Shown: positions 43,922 to 62,630 of the stretch, piece by piece
How positions within the stretch are numbered: the stretch's first letter is position 1
How the letters are laid out: every line of letters begins with the position of its first letter
DNA from: Utricularia gibba
Lineage: Eukaryota > Plantae > Magnoliophyta
Assembly: GCA_002189035.1 (NCBI GenBank)
Contig: NEEC01000021.1
Location: 1,178,001 to 1,242,000, forward strand
DNA: 64,000 bases
Direction: 5' to 3'
Position numbers and translations under genes: made by a program
Notes under the pieces: model-generated
What the model saw: the letters and a program-made list of their open reading frames with translations, nothing else
Database searches by the model: none
What the model was told of the DNA's origin: nothing

Positions 43922-44894
43922 CAACACCTTTAGTTAAACAACTGCAAGGTAACTATGAAAACTCCCACTACGACTTGTGTTGGTTCTTGATGATTTTGCT
44001 TGTACTGTATATAGTATGCAAATCTCCAACACTGATTTGTGTCCATATGGTTTGTACTGCCCTGTGTTTTTTTTCACTGTTGCCATGGTTATCTATCTCC
44101 TGTTTTAACACTATAGGGTTAATTTCAAACATTTTGATATAATAGTTTAATATTACAGGGTTTTGTTAATTTTTGTATTATTTTCATAATATTAAATAAC
44201 TCGTACTTAGTTTGTGAAAAACAGTAATAAATCAAACAAATGGTGATATGAAAAAAATCAGAAAATTCCTTAAACTCGATTTTTGCCTTTGTGGAGTTTA
44301 AAAATATATTTAAATCTTTTATATTTAGATAATTATGTATTTTATGATTAAGTACAATCTTTACATAAAATTTAATGTTAAACAAAAAAAATATTAACAG
44401 GCCCATGTGACCATCAAAGTTATGGGCCCTAGACGTACCCATTTGCCTTACAGGCCAAACATGGCCCCACATCCAAGGATGTGTGTGGGCTGTGCTTTTT
44501 CATGCCTTTCAGGTTGGGTCAGCCGACGCCCACTTCTCTATTCCATGTGTCCCGTGCTTACCGGCCATTGAAAAAAAAATGCGTCCGTGCTTTCCGATGA
44601 TTAAATAATTTAAAATAAAATAAATTTTATATACAAAAAATTAAGATATATATATATATATATATATAAAAGTTAAATATATTATTTATTCATTTAAATT
44701 TTAATGTAACATAATCTCAATACCAATTAAAGGTAAACACAAGTGGAAATATTACCAGTGAAATCTATTGAATCAATATAAAAAATTATAGATCAATGTA
44801 TACGAGTCGATATTAGATCCATCCAAGATTATGTATTGAACCAGATCATTACATGATTTATATATACTAATGTGAATTGAACTTAATTCATAAG

Positions 44895-45323
44895 CTACAA
44901 AACATGGGTACGGGTGCGTATTAGTAGGGATACCGATACCGAGATACGGATATGACAATTTTAAAAGTATCATATTAGGATACGACTAAGATACGTTTAA
45001 TTAAAATTTATTATTTTTATTATTTTATTAATACAAAAACAAAATCTTATTAAAATATCAATAATTAAAACATACTAAATTCAAAGTTAACATTCAAATG
45101 ATCAAATGCATAACAAAGTTATAATAGTTTTTTTCATATCAATTCTAACGCTTGCAAGAATTGTGTGAGAGTTGTCCTTAATTTTCTGAAATAATAAAAC
45201 CATTTAATCTATTTTATAATTTTTTTAATAATATCAGAGTATTCGAACGTATCCGTGTACCCATGTATCAGGTACGTACCTAATAAGTAGAAAGTATAAA
45301 TCACACGTATCCGTGCTTTGTAG
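44895..45323. mobile_element. Degenerate non-autonomous hAT-like element, 429 bp
   Basis: 18-bp imperfect TIRs (CTACAAAACATGGGTACG vs reverse complement CTACAAAGCACGGATACG, 15/18). Flanks TTCATAAG / TTTATAAG (7/8 match). Subterminal GATAC motifs on the left, CGTATC motifs on the right. Confidence 0.7.
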
Positions 45324-46112
45324 TTTATAAGTTATGGATTCAATTGATTGGAAATTTCAAATTATTTGATAAAAAACATATTTTTTATTGTTTAATTACG
45401 CTTAATGTTCAATCTATCTAACTCATTTACTTCATCCATACCATACGTATGTACTATGAATCCGGCCCATTTCCATTTTCACGGTTACGAATAACAAGTC
45501 CAGCCCGTATTCTTGAGCATCTCTAATGCCAACCGCCAAATATCAAATTTCCTAATAAATAATTATTATGATAATATTTGTGGAAGCAGTTCAAGTCTCA
45601 TCCTTCTTCTACTGAGGGTGATGTGGTGGAGATGCAATGGATGGCGTATCTATGAAATTAGTTACAGTCCGAGGTCCTATGGCGCTTCTTGTTGAATTTT
45701 TGTTTTCTCTTCGTCGTGGTGTATTTATTTTTTGTGCAAAATATTCTCCCAAACCCCAGCCATCCACAAAAAACGCCGTTTTGATTTGATCTATCCCATC
45801 AGTTGGCAGTTTGATTTTGACTGCTTGATCTGTGCCCTATACGCTACATTTAACCCCTTTTTGAGCGATTGGTGGTGGATAATTGGTGTCTTGGTTTGTG
45901 AAATTACGGGGGAGGGGCGGGCGGGCATTCGGGTTTGTCTGTGGAGAGCTACCACCAACTGTCCATGCCACGGTTGTCCATCGGCTTCTGTGAGGAGGAC
46001 TCTGAAACAGGCGGTGGTGCTGGAGGCGCCACTGGAGAGGGTGAAGGCGATTTGGGGTTGATTGTGTTGGATTTAGCTGATTTGCTTCCGGCCGATTGGT
46101 GGGTATCACGAT

Positions 46113-47922
46113 ATGGTAGTTCATACGCACGGACCTAGTCCAAAGACACTTCTTTGCAACGCAGGGGCTGGTGCTGCTGCTGGTAACATATTTTCCACCC
46201 CCCTGTTTTCGATTGTGGGGAATCAAGGGAGTTCATAATTTGTCATTATGGGTTTTCTAGGAGTGATCGCAGCGACTTTTGTCTGTCCCTTGGATGTTAT
46301 AAAGACTAGGTTTCAGGTTCACGGGTGGCCACAGCTAACTAATGCAAATTTTAGAGGTGAGGTGAAGAATGTTTTTGTCTCATGAATTTGGGTTTTTGGT
46401 TTAGCAAATGAGATGGATATCAATGGTGGTCATGGCGTAGGTTTATAATGATGAGATTTATGCAAATTTTCCAGGTAGTGTGATATTAGGTAGCTTAGAG
46501 CAGATAATACAGAAGGAAGGATTGCGAGGGATGTACCGAGGGCTCTCTCCTACAGTGATTGCATTGCTTCCGAATTGGGCGGTATGCTTGCTACTTCATT
46601 TTAGTGTTTTTAACCTTTTTGAAACTGAAACAATTTTTTCTGTCGAAAGAGGTCACCCAAAGATGATTGATTAGCAAACTTTTGCAGGTTTATTTTACTG
46701 TTTATGATCAGTTGAAGAGCTATCTTGGTGCCGATGGTAAGTATAACCGCATTTTGTCTGTCTTTATGATCTGCATTAGCTAACCTTTTTTTTTTCTGGG
46801 AATAGATGTAAACCATCAACTATCGATCGGTGCAAATATGATGGCTGCTTCTGGCGCGGGAGCAGCAACAACTATTGTGACTAATCCTCTTTGGGTTGTC
46901 AAGACAAGGCTTCAGGTACCCTCAGTTATCACTTAATTCTTGCATGCTATTTCCACAGATTCCTTTACCCACCTTCTGCCGTTCTCTTTGAAAATCAATC
47001 TCAGTGATATATGTGTAAACAGAGCATTATGGCTGTTCATTGATTGCCATATTCCAGGGACCTGTGTATAACTTTTATGCTATTTTTTTTTTATTCTTGT
47101 GAAAGATTTGGCTTTGTCTTCTGTATCAGACCCAAGGTATGAAAAAGGGTGTGGTGCCCTATAAGAGCACACTATCTGCCTTGAGAAGAATTGCAGTTGA
47201 GGAGGGGATTCGTGGACTATACAGGTATATTTTCACCATGAATATAGCAGGCTCCACCTTACGTTGTTTTCCTAAAGCTCAGTTTCGAACTCTATGCTCT
47301 TTCTGTCTTGGTACACAGTGGTATTGTGCCTGCCTTAGCAGGTATTAGTCACGTTGCCATCCAGTTTCCCACTTATGAGAAAACCAAAACCTACTTGGCT
47401 TATCGTGGTATGTTTCTCTTTACGCCTTCGATATGTTCATCACAACCCTCTCTGGTTCACTTCATCCTGAACAGAAATCTGAATTTTGCGCATGGTAACG
47501 ATAGGAAACACCACCACAGACAAGCTCAGTGCAAGAGATGTTGCCTTGGCCTCATCAGTTTCCAAAATCTTTGCCTCTACACTTACATATCCTCATGAGG
47601 TCCCCTCCCTCTGTGTTCCATCTCCTACTCATTACTCCAAACTCCATCGTTTTCATATCCTGCATTCTGTTTTGACACACCCCAGGTTGTGCGTTCACGG
47701 CTCCAAGCACAGGGGCATCACTCCGAGAAGCGGTATTCCGGGGTCGTCGACTGCGTCAAGAAAATATTCAGACAAGAAGGCATCCCTGGTTTCTATCGGG
47801 GCTGCGCCACCAACCTCCTGAGGACAACCCCAGCTGCTGTCATCACATTCACCAGCTTTGAAATGATTCATCGCTTTCTGGTGGCGTTTTTTCCTCCAGA
47901 CTCGCGCCATCACACATTGTGA
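46113..47922 (+). CDS. NDT: NAD+ transporter, mitochondrial carrier family (NDT1/NDT2-like)
   Basis: 9 exons (46113-46182, 46261-46356, 46475-46581, 46688-46736, 46806-46915, 47130-47224, 47319-47407, 47505-47599, 47686-47922). Three carrier signatures: [33 protein letters not shown]. Also [10 protein letters not shown]. Confidence 0.93.
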
Positions 47923-48647
47923 ACCAGGTGCTCGCTCCATCCCTCCCTCAAGACTCTTCCTTTTTCCCATCTCCTCATCGCTTGGCGTTAGTAAGTGCAT
48001 AAAAGGCGATACCTTGATGATGACGAAGAACTGCATTTGCTGTGTCTTGTATTTCCCTCCCCTGAGATGTTTCAGACGGAGCTGCAGGTCCTATCCATGT
48101 TTATACTTACATGAAAAGAGTTGCTTTAATAGAGACGAAGCTGGGAGCTTCTACCCAATACCCATTCGCCACGTGTAGGCTTATGTTTTCTTTCGCGAGT
48201 GCGGTGCAGCCGTCCGTACGTGATACCTCCCTCCCTCCCCAATGACGGGGCCCACAGTCGACCGTTGGTTTTTCGAAATTACAAGAACACCCTTGGTGGT
48301 CTCCCACGAGCTGACCGTGAATGAACATGATCACATCCTTCATGCATACGTATACAGTGTATTTATATTATGTTTCATATTATAGTATAGTAGATTTATA
48401 ACTAACTTACACATAACCAGAGTTTGATTAATTAATATACGTAATCAGTATTTTATAATTATACTATTCGTATACTCATTTTTTAAACATATATTGGTAT
48501 ACACATATGAAGTAAAAATTAATATATCTATATTATTTACATACACAAATTTATATTTTCGAATATTAAACATTATATATTACATAGCATTTTTAACACT
48601 TCATGATAATAGTCATCGAAGTAGCATATTACATATTCACGTAGCAA

Positions 48648-51335
<2,688 letters not shown>

Positions 51336-51627
51336 TGCCCTCCAGTACACCGACACACTCTCGGCGGAGCTGTCTTGAGTATGATGAGAGTGTTAGTTGG
51401 GCAATCGTCCGTGAACGCCTCTTTATCTAACCGCTTCGTATCTAACCCAAACGTGCTACATCCCCAAAATTCTATTTTCCGCTTTTAGAATTAAAAATAT
51501 ATATATACTTCTTATGGACAATATATATATATATATTATACGTGGAACACAGAAAATCACGTACTTTAATTTTAATTTTTTTTCAAGTTGTTTAAAGTAT
51601 CATGATTATATATTATTTCTTTCTATC

Positions 51628-51757
51628 AAAATACTCCAACCACAAGTGAGTGAACCCAATTGTACTTTATATTAAAATACTCCAACCACAAATGAGTGAA
51701 CCCAATTATTCTTTATATAAAAATACTCCCAACCACATGTGAGTGGACCCCAACTAT
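51628..51757. repeat. Three tandem 46-bp units upstream of BGLU copy A
   Basis: AAAATACTCCAACCACAAGTGAGTGAACCCAATT starts at 51628, 51674 and 51720. Confidence 0.92.
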
Positions 51758-52368
51758 TAAATTGCACATATGGCCAACTTGTATATCTATCCATTACTAT
51801 TTCATGTTCTTTCCACATCATGTCACCATAATTTAGCATTTAGAGGATTAATTTAGAATAATTCAAAATTAGGATGATCAATCTATTTAAATAACTTTTA
51901 TTAACTTTAAACAAGTGTGCATGGTCAGATGGGATTTTGGAGTTTAATTCAGAATAACTCAAAGTTAAAGTGTTCAATCTATTTAAATAGATTCCATTCA
52001 ATGGAACAATACTGAGAGACTGGCAGATGATGCACACAAAAAAAAGGTGCAATTCTACTACCAGCTTCATCCTCCATGTGAAGTGTTATGAGATCTAATG
52101 GAAATGGAACAACCCTCTTCATTCATTCCACTTTCTAGGGTTCATAATGTTGCACAGTGTGAGATGAGGGGGGAGAGGATGCTTTCTCAAAACTTAACTG
52201 AGACATAAGATTGGCAAAAGGCAACATGAGAAGGTGTAGAATCAAGATTTGACTCAAAATCACTACGTGCCCCATTAGAGAGAAACTCACATAAGGGTGT
52301 AATGTAGAGAGTATTTTGAAACATAATGAAACACAGAGGGGAGAGAACGGGCACCAAGATGTGTAAGT

Positions 52369-53255
<887 letters not shown>

Positions 53256-53335
53256 TTTCACCTCCCGGTCACCGCCGCCGTCTGTAGAGCTGAACTAGAA
53301 AATTGAGAGAAATGGAGAGCCTGCACATACACTAC

Positions 53336-53413
53336 TAGGGTTTCGTATTGTTTTTCTCTATCACGGATACCCTGCTACTTTTATAATGGGCCGGGAATGC
53401 GAACAAAGCCCAT
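53336..53413 (-). promoter_or_regulatory. Telo-box plus site II elements of the RPL22 promoter
   Basis: AAACCCTA on the minus strand (53336-53343) with TGGGCC (53387-53392) and AGCCCA (53408-53413). This telo-box/site II combination is typical of plant ribosomal-protein promoters. Confidence 0.7.
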
Positions 53414-56008
53414 TAATCATCCATTTGTAAAACCAATCAAATGCTTGATAATTTCATTTAAATAATTTAAAATAAAATATAATTTAAAATTTAAAGCTAT
53501 AATTCTAAATATTTAGATAGTAGAAAATTACAATATCATTTCAAATTAGGTAATATAAAGAATTTAACCCTCAAATTTTAAAATTATAAAAAAAAACCCC
53601 ATATTGTCAAAATCATGCAACGAACATTCAAACAGTTTTCAAAATTTTAAAAAAATAAACTGGTTCATAACATTATTAACCGACTTTGATTTCAGATCCA
53701 AAAAAATTCTATACTTGAGATTTTCGCATTCATGTATTAAATTCAATAAATCTAATAATATCTTTTATTAGAGTTATATTGTATTTATATATCATATAAT
53801 TCACAATAATGATGTTTATATCATGTTTATATCTCATATAATTTAAAGTGATAATGACTGTATCACGTTTCCTATGATGTACTGTTGTAATGACGTTAAC
53901 GCCAAAATCAATTAGTTTTGATAACTTAAGGGACTTATGACGCAATTTCATAATTTTAAGGATAAACCGTTTATATCAAAGTACTTAATTTTGAAAATTG
54001 AGGTTTTAACTTGTTATACTTACTATAATTTGGAGTGCTACTGAAAAACTCCATTATATCCTACCTAATTCAATTAATTATAATCTTAATATTATGAAAA
54101 AAGTAAAAAAAAAAAAAAATTAATCCAACAGTCGTGAGTAAAAAAAAGGAAAAAAAAATGGCATCATTGATGATTGGCGGTTGACGGTTAAATGCTTGTG
54201 ATGAGTTGAATTCTGGTGCCTGCTGCTTCGTTTCGTCTCGGTTGGCTGCAGCCTGCTGCTGCTTCGAAGAAACCTCTCATTTACTCTCCTCCTCCTCTTC
54301 CATCCTATCCATTCCCATTCCCATCTCTTCTTCTGTGGCGGGAGGCGAGGGGCTTGACCGCCCCAGCAGCAGGACGGGTTGCAGAAGCTACCACTCCGCC
54401 ATTAATGGCAATGGCCACCCATATCCTGATTCTCAGGGGGAGGGAGGGAAGGAGCTGCAATTCAATGGATATTAATTAAATGGGGATATGAAACGCCACG
54501 CCACGCACCTGCTGCCTCTGCTGCCCAGGGAGGAGATTAACCAGCACACCCACAGTCCAGGATCATAATTAGAATTTGGGTGATGTGTAAGATCATATTT
54601 ATCAATATCCTGAAATGACATTTTTTGAAATTGAGTTATTGATTTTCTTTTATTAAGTTTACTTTATATTTGTATCAATTTCGAAAATCATAATATTAAA
54701 AAAATATTAAAATAAATAGCACAAATTATATTTTAAACTGTTTTCGGAAATTTCTTCATTTTAGTTTCCTTAAGAAATGACAAACTGTACTCATTTCCAA
54801 AAATATTTTCCCATTTTCGGAAATGCACATTAGTATTTCCGGAAATGGGTAACGATGCTATAATATATTGTATGAAAAAAATAATTATATTATATGTATT
54901 TTTTTGTCAAATTGTGTTAAAAAGAACGTGACAATGATCATTTTTATAAATAATTTCAATCCAGTATACTTTATCTACCACTTTCAAATACACACAAACC
55001 TGAAATACTCTCTCATTTGGTACCCAAAGTTTTGATTATCTTGCTTCAAACCAACCAATATTATTGCTTATGTATGGCATGGATTAAAGTTTTCACTATT
55101 TAAAACTTTATCAATCTCAACATTCTTGATGAGTTTTACTTCATCATCTAGAATTTAGCTTTAATTAGGGATTCGTAAAATCAAATGTAATTATTCATAT
55201 TTTCTTTATATGATATTATTCATTTCAAATATTTAATTTTCATAATATTATATTTTGCTCTTTTCATGAAAATAATTCATGTAAAGTTAGAAGAATCTCA
55301 TTATATAAACAATTCCTACTTCTCATCCCTTATAAGGATACCTTGGGATTCAGCTAACATACTGCAACAACTTTATCAATGCACTAGTCCCACATTTTGG
55401 GGGAGGGGAAGAGTTTTTTTTTTTTGTTTTTTTGAATTAAATTTAATGATGCTTTTGACTGGTATTCATCTTTACCACCTTATAAATAGAATATAATATT
55501 CCATTGTTATATTCTATATTGTTAAAATATGTGTTTATATAATATTCTATTTAATTAATATGCACGTGTATAATCCATTGTCTAGCACGAGGGAGGCAAC
55601 TTATACCATCCATGTAACTAGACTTCTCACCACGTTTCGGACATCAAACCCTAAAAAACGGTAAAAAAAAAACGGTTGATTCGATCATCGTGCTTGAATC
55701 TTGATTCAAAAGGGCATATTACAGAATATGTTTACAAAATTATGTCTTTATTTATATGGTGTTGGAAAATAGAGATTTTTGTGTATTTATTCATAGTGTC
55801 CTTGAGTTTTTTGACATGCAATAAATAATGCATGGAGGTTGCAGTGAATTATGAGGCTTCAACAACCAGGCGTTGCGCTTATATAAGGCTTGCTTCATTT
55901 TGCCCCCTCCTTCGCCTTTTACCTTTTAACCTTTTCAAACTCCCTCATCGCGCATTCTCCCTCTTTCCCCTTTTTGTTTCTTACCTTCTTCTCTACGTGA
56001 AGAGAAGG

Positions 56009-57712
56009 ATGGAAGTGAAGTTCGATTATCAGGAGGTGGGTGGGTTTAGTTTAGTTCACAGCTCTGTTCCAGTTTTACCATGAAAAACAGTAACTTTTCA
56101 TTAGTCCTCTGTAGAAACAGACACTTTCTTGACTGTGTGTGTGTGTTGTGTTCGATTGTGTGTTGGGTTTTCAGGCGTACGTGAGGAGTTCACGGGGAGT
56201 GGAGCTTTTCAGTTGCAGATGGGTGCCTGTTTCTTGCCCGAGGGCTATCGTTTTCCTCTGCCACGGTCTGTAGTTGTGTGGTTTGTTTAAGTTAATTTTC
56301 ACGTGATGGGGTTCTGTCTAATTGAATGCAGTTGCAGGGTATGGAATGGAGTGCAGTAATTTCATGAAAGGTAAATGTACAAAAGCAGTAATTGTTTCCT
56401 GCTTCAAAATCTAAGTAGGGTATAGCACGAGGGTGGCTCAGACTTCTGCTACGACAATGGCTGTGTTGGGGCAAATGGGCTGCTCCAGATTTGGCTTGGC
56501 ATCGCCTAAGCAACTTCCATGGCTTTGTAGGCGTTGGAACGAAGCTCGCCAGCCATGGCTATGCTGTCTTCGGGATGGACTACGAAGGGCATGGCCGATC
56601 CATGGGCGCCCGGTGCTACATCAGGCGTTTTGACAACATTGTGAATGACTGCGCCGAGCACTTCAAGTCCATCTGCGGTCTGTAAGCTGCAGTTTGGGTT
56701 CTCGGTGCAGCCCCTTTGTTGGTTCACTGACCTTTGATCTGCAGCACAAGAGGAGTTCAGAGGGAAGAGGAGGTACCTGTATGGGGAATCCATGGGAGGC
56801 GCAGTTGCCCTGCTGGTGCACAAAAAGGACCCCAGTTTTTGGGATGGAGCTGTGCTCGTTGCTCCAATGTGCAAGGTCTGTACCTACCAAGGATTCATGG
56901 ATAGCAGCTTTTATTGAGCACCCCGAAAAAGATGAACACCAGCTGCTTCTTGTTCATTCATCTCTGTGTGATGTAGATATCGGAGAAGGTGAAGCCGCAT
57001 CCTGTGGTTATTAGTCTGCTGACTCTGGTGGAGAACATGATACCTACATGGAAGATAGTTCCCACAAAAGATGTAATCGATTCAGCCTTCAAGGAGCAAT
57101 CAAAAAGACAAGAGGTGACATAAAGTGTGATTACATTTCACAAGGTATCATCAATCATTCAGAGTCCAACATTGAACATAATATGATGCAGATACGCAGC
57201 AACGAGTTGATATACCAAGAGAAGCCACGGCTGAAAACCGCCTTGGAAATGCTCCGAACAAGCATCAACCTTGAGGAGAGTCTGCATGAGGTGACTTTTG
57301 TCTTCTTATCTAGCTTTGCAAAGACATATATAGTCAAACAACTACACATATAAAGAGGCATCAGTTTTCCAATACACGCAGATCAACTTTGTCAAAGATG
57401 AACCTTTCTTCTTCACCTGTTTTCAAACAGGTGACTCTGCCATTCTTTGTGCTGCATGGGGAAGCTGACATAGTGACTGATCCTGAGGTGAGTCGGGCTC
57501 TCTATGAGCGAGCCAGCAGTAAAGACAAGACCATAAAAATGTATCCGGGGATGTGGCACAGCTTAACAGCAGGGGAACCAGACAACAACATAGAGCTTGT
57601 CTTCTCGGATATTATATCATGGCTCGACAAACGAGCAAGAGATGGCCTTGTTAAGGAGGGTTTAACTCCTAGTGCCGCGCTCCCGACGATGTGTTCAAAG
57701 ATTCACATTTGA
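56009..57712 (+). CDS. Alpha/beta hydrolase, monoacylglycerol lipase / caffeoylshikimate esterase-like
   Basis: 8 exons (56009-56035, 56175-56265, 56338-56370, 56531-56677, 56745-56875, 56977-57114, 57192-57290, 57431-57712). Motifs FLCHGYGMEC, DYEGHGRS, nucleophile GESMGG, LHGEADIVTDP, YPGMWHSLT. Confidence 0.93.
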
Positions 57713-58220
57713 GGAATCAGAAGCACGTTGGAACATGGCAGCATTCCCAATATTTGTGCAGCTGGAAGGGGAGTGAAGTTTACCATGGAGTGTAGGATGC
57801 TCACCACCACTTTACAAGTGGTGTGGCTTATCATCATTGCTGTAGAATATTGTGAATCTTATTTTGGTGAAGAGTTTACTCTCAACTCTATAGCTTCTCT
57901 AGTTGCTAGCTTCAACAACTAAAGTTACTTAGATGAAACTGTTCTACACATAAGGGTCACATTTTAACGTACTTAAGCACTTAGGAGAAACAATCCGATA
58001 TCTATAATCTATTCAATCTACCACAAACATATTATACACTTGCGCTACACCGTGGATTTGAATCAACAATGAGCTGCATGCCATCCTAGGCAATCTTCTA
58101 GTCATGGTGGATGTAACGTAAAGTAGACAATTCATTATGCATTCAAAATCAATTCATAGTCAATTCAGCAAATGAAAATCCATCGCTTCGGTTATTGATG
58201 AACATGATGACTCACTCGTT

Positions 58221-58692
58221 TCATGAAGCAGATTTCTTGAGAAGAGCTTCAGAAGGAACTTCAAGGGTTGCTCCAACATGATCTTTCCCGGGCTTCACTT
58301 CTGTACAAGGGAAAATAACAATAACCTTAAAACGAAGGAATTCTTTATTGGTTGCCGCAAAGACCCGAAGTTCTCTCAGGCATTTCATCAAACAGGTAAT
58401 CCGCGCATCTCAAAAACTAAAAAGGGAGAAAAACTGCTGGTGATCCTATCATACCGTAGCCACCGCGATCAGTGAGTTTGGCTTGAACTATCATATGTGT
58501 GATGAAATGGGAAGCCTCTCGCGCCTCGTCAAGCAGGCGGGTGAGATCGGCGGCGGAGGTCACATTACGATTTTCCTCGAATTTCTTTCGGATTTCGGCG
58601 CCGGACTCCCGGAGCATCAGGGAATCGCCCGCAAATGTGCTTCGTGCGGCCCGTAGCAGTGATCTGTACGCCCTCAGAGCTTCACTTCCCAT
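58221..58692 (-). CDS. LYR-motif protein, MZM1/LYRM7-like
   Basis: 2 exons (58692-58455, 58300-58221). [54 protein letters not shown]; stop TGA 58221-58223. Confidence 0.88.
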
Positions 58693-59684
58693 TCTCTTGT
58701 GACAAACGTACTGCAGAGTCAAAATTGTCAGCAACGGTAGTTTATTTCGGTAGGACAGGTGCCCTTAAAATGAAGTCATTTTGTTCATTTTTAAATTCAA
58801 ATAAATCTATAAATATAATACACTTTTAAGTTTTACCCCTCAAACTCAGTAAATAGTATATTTTTTAATGGATATATAATTTCTTTATTTATTGATGAAA
58901 AATAATCATTTTCGAATACTAAATCATCAATTATTTTGGTATTGTAGTATTCAATATTCATCATTTTATATTTTTCTTTTTCAAATATATATATATATGT
59001 ACATACATGGATAATTATCATCATGATTCAACGAATTAGATATTTGAAATCAATTCATACCATGAATTGATTCAAGTTTAATATTTAAAATGCAAGCACT
59101 ATATGTGTTTCACTTGATGTTTATCATAACTCACGAAAAAAATAATGTTACAACTTGTATACCATCATATTTGTGCTAATCAATGATTATATATTAAAAA
59201 ATACGAATTGAATACTATTAAATTTGAATAAAAAATATTTGACTTGATTATTTTATATGAATACAACTCACTCATACTTGGGGGTTGGATGTAAGAATAG
59301 TGATACTAAACCCCCATCTTTTTTGTAATAAAATCAATATGAAAGATAACCGGTTAACTGAAGAATGTTTGATGGAGGGAGAATTTTGATTGAATTTGTA
59401 GTGTCTGGAAGTGGGAAGGAGTTTGCATTTGACTTGGAAGTTGAACGCGAAGACCCGATCACTCAATGCTTATTAATGGTGTTGAATTGAATACTACCAA
59501 GTTACTTGAAGCTCACTGTTTCTGGAGATTTTCCCAGATGCTTGTTTTGGAATATATCCTGGGTATTAATTCATGGGGTGGCGACGACGACTCACCGTCG
59601 CCGTCACCATCACCATCGCCATCCCTTTTTGTTTGTGGATTCTCCCAATCGCTGCACATACACACAAGTCACGTACTGGAGGCC

Positions 59685-62172
<2,488 letters not shown>

Positions 62173-62630
62173 TCCTGTTAAATAATATTTTAATGCATTA
62201 TAATTTTATATTTTAAATATATGATATAATCACATTAAAAATAATGTGTATAAACTGTGTCTAATTAACGGTTCAAGTAAGATGAATTATCGAAATTATT
62301 ATAAAAATATAGTTTATAAATTATTAATGGGCATAAATTTATATACGTCAATAATTAATAAATATTTTAAAAATTGTATAATATAAGTAATATTTAAATT
62401 TTGTGATCATAATTAAATATATTGCGATATTTTTTTATTTTACTGAAAAAATATATACCGTTAATAAATATATAAATAATTCGTTGCTCGTAGTTGGCTA
62501 TATTATATATATATATATATTGTACCTGTAACCGTCAGAGTTACGCGCGGCTGCTTCTTAGCCGTCCAGGTTCGTCGCGTTCAGCTTCACTTTGCTGGCT
62601 CGCGGCGGATAGGACGCCAGAGGCTGCAGA

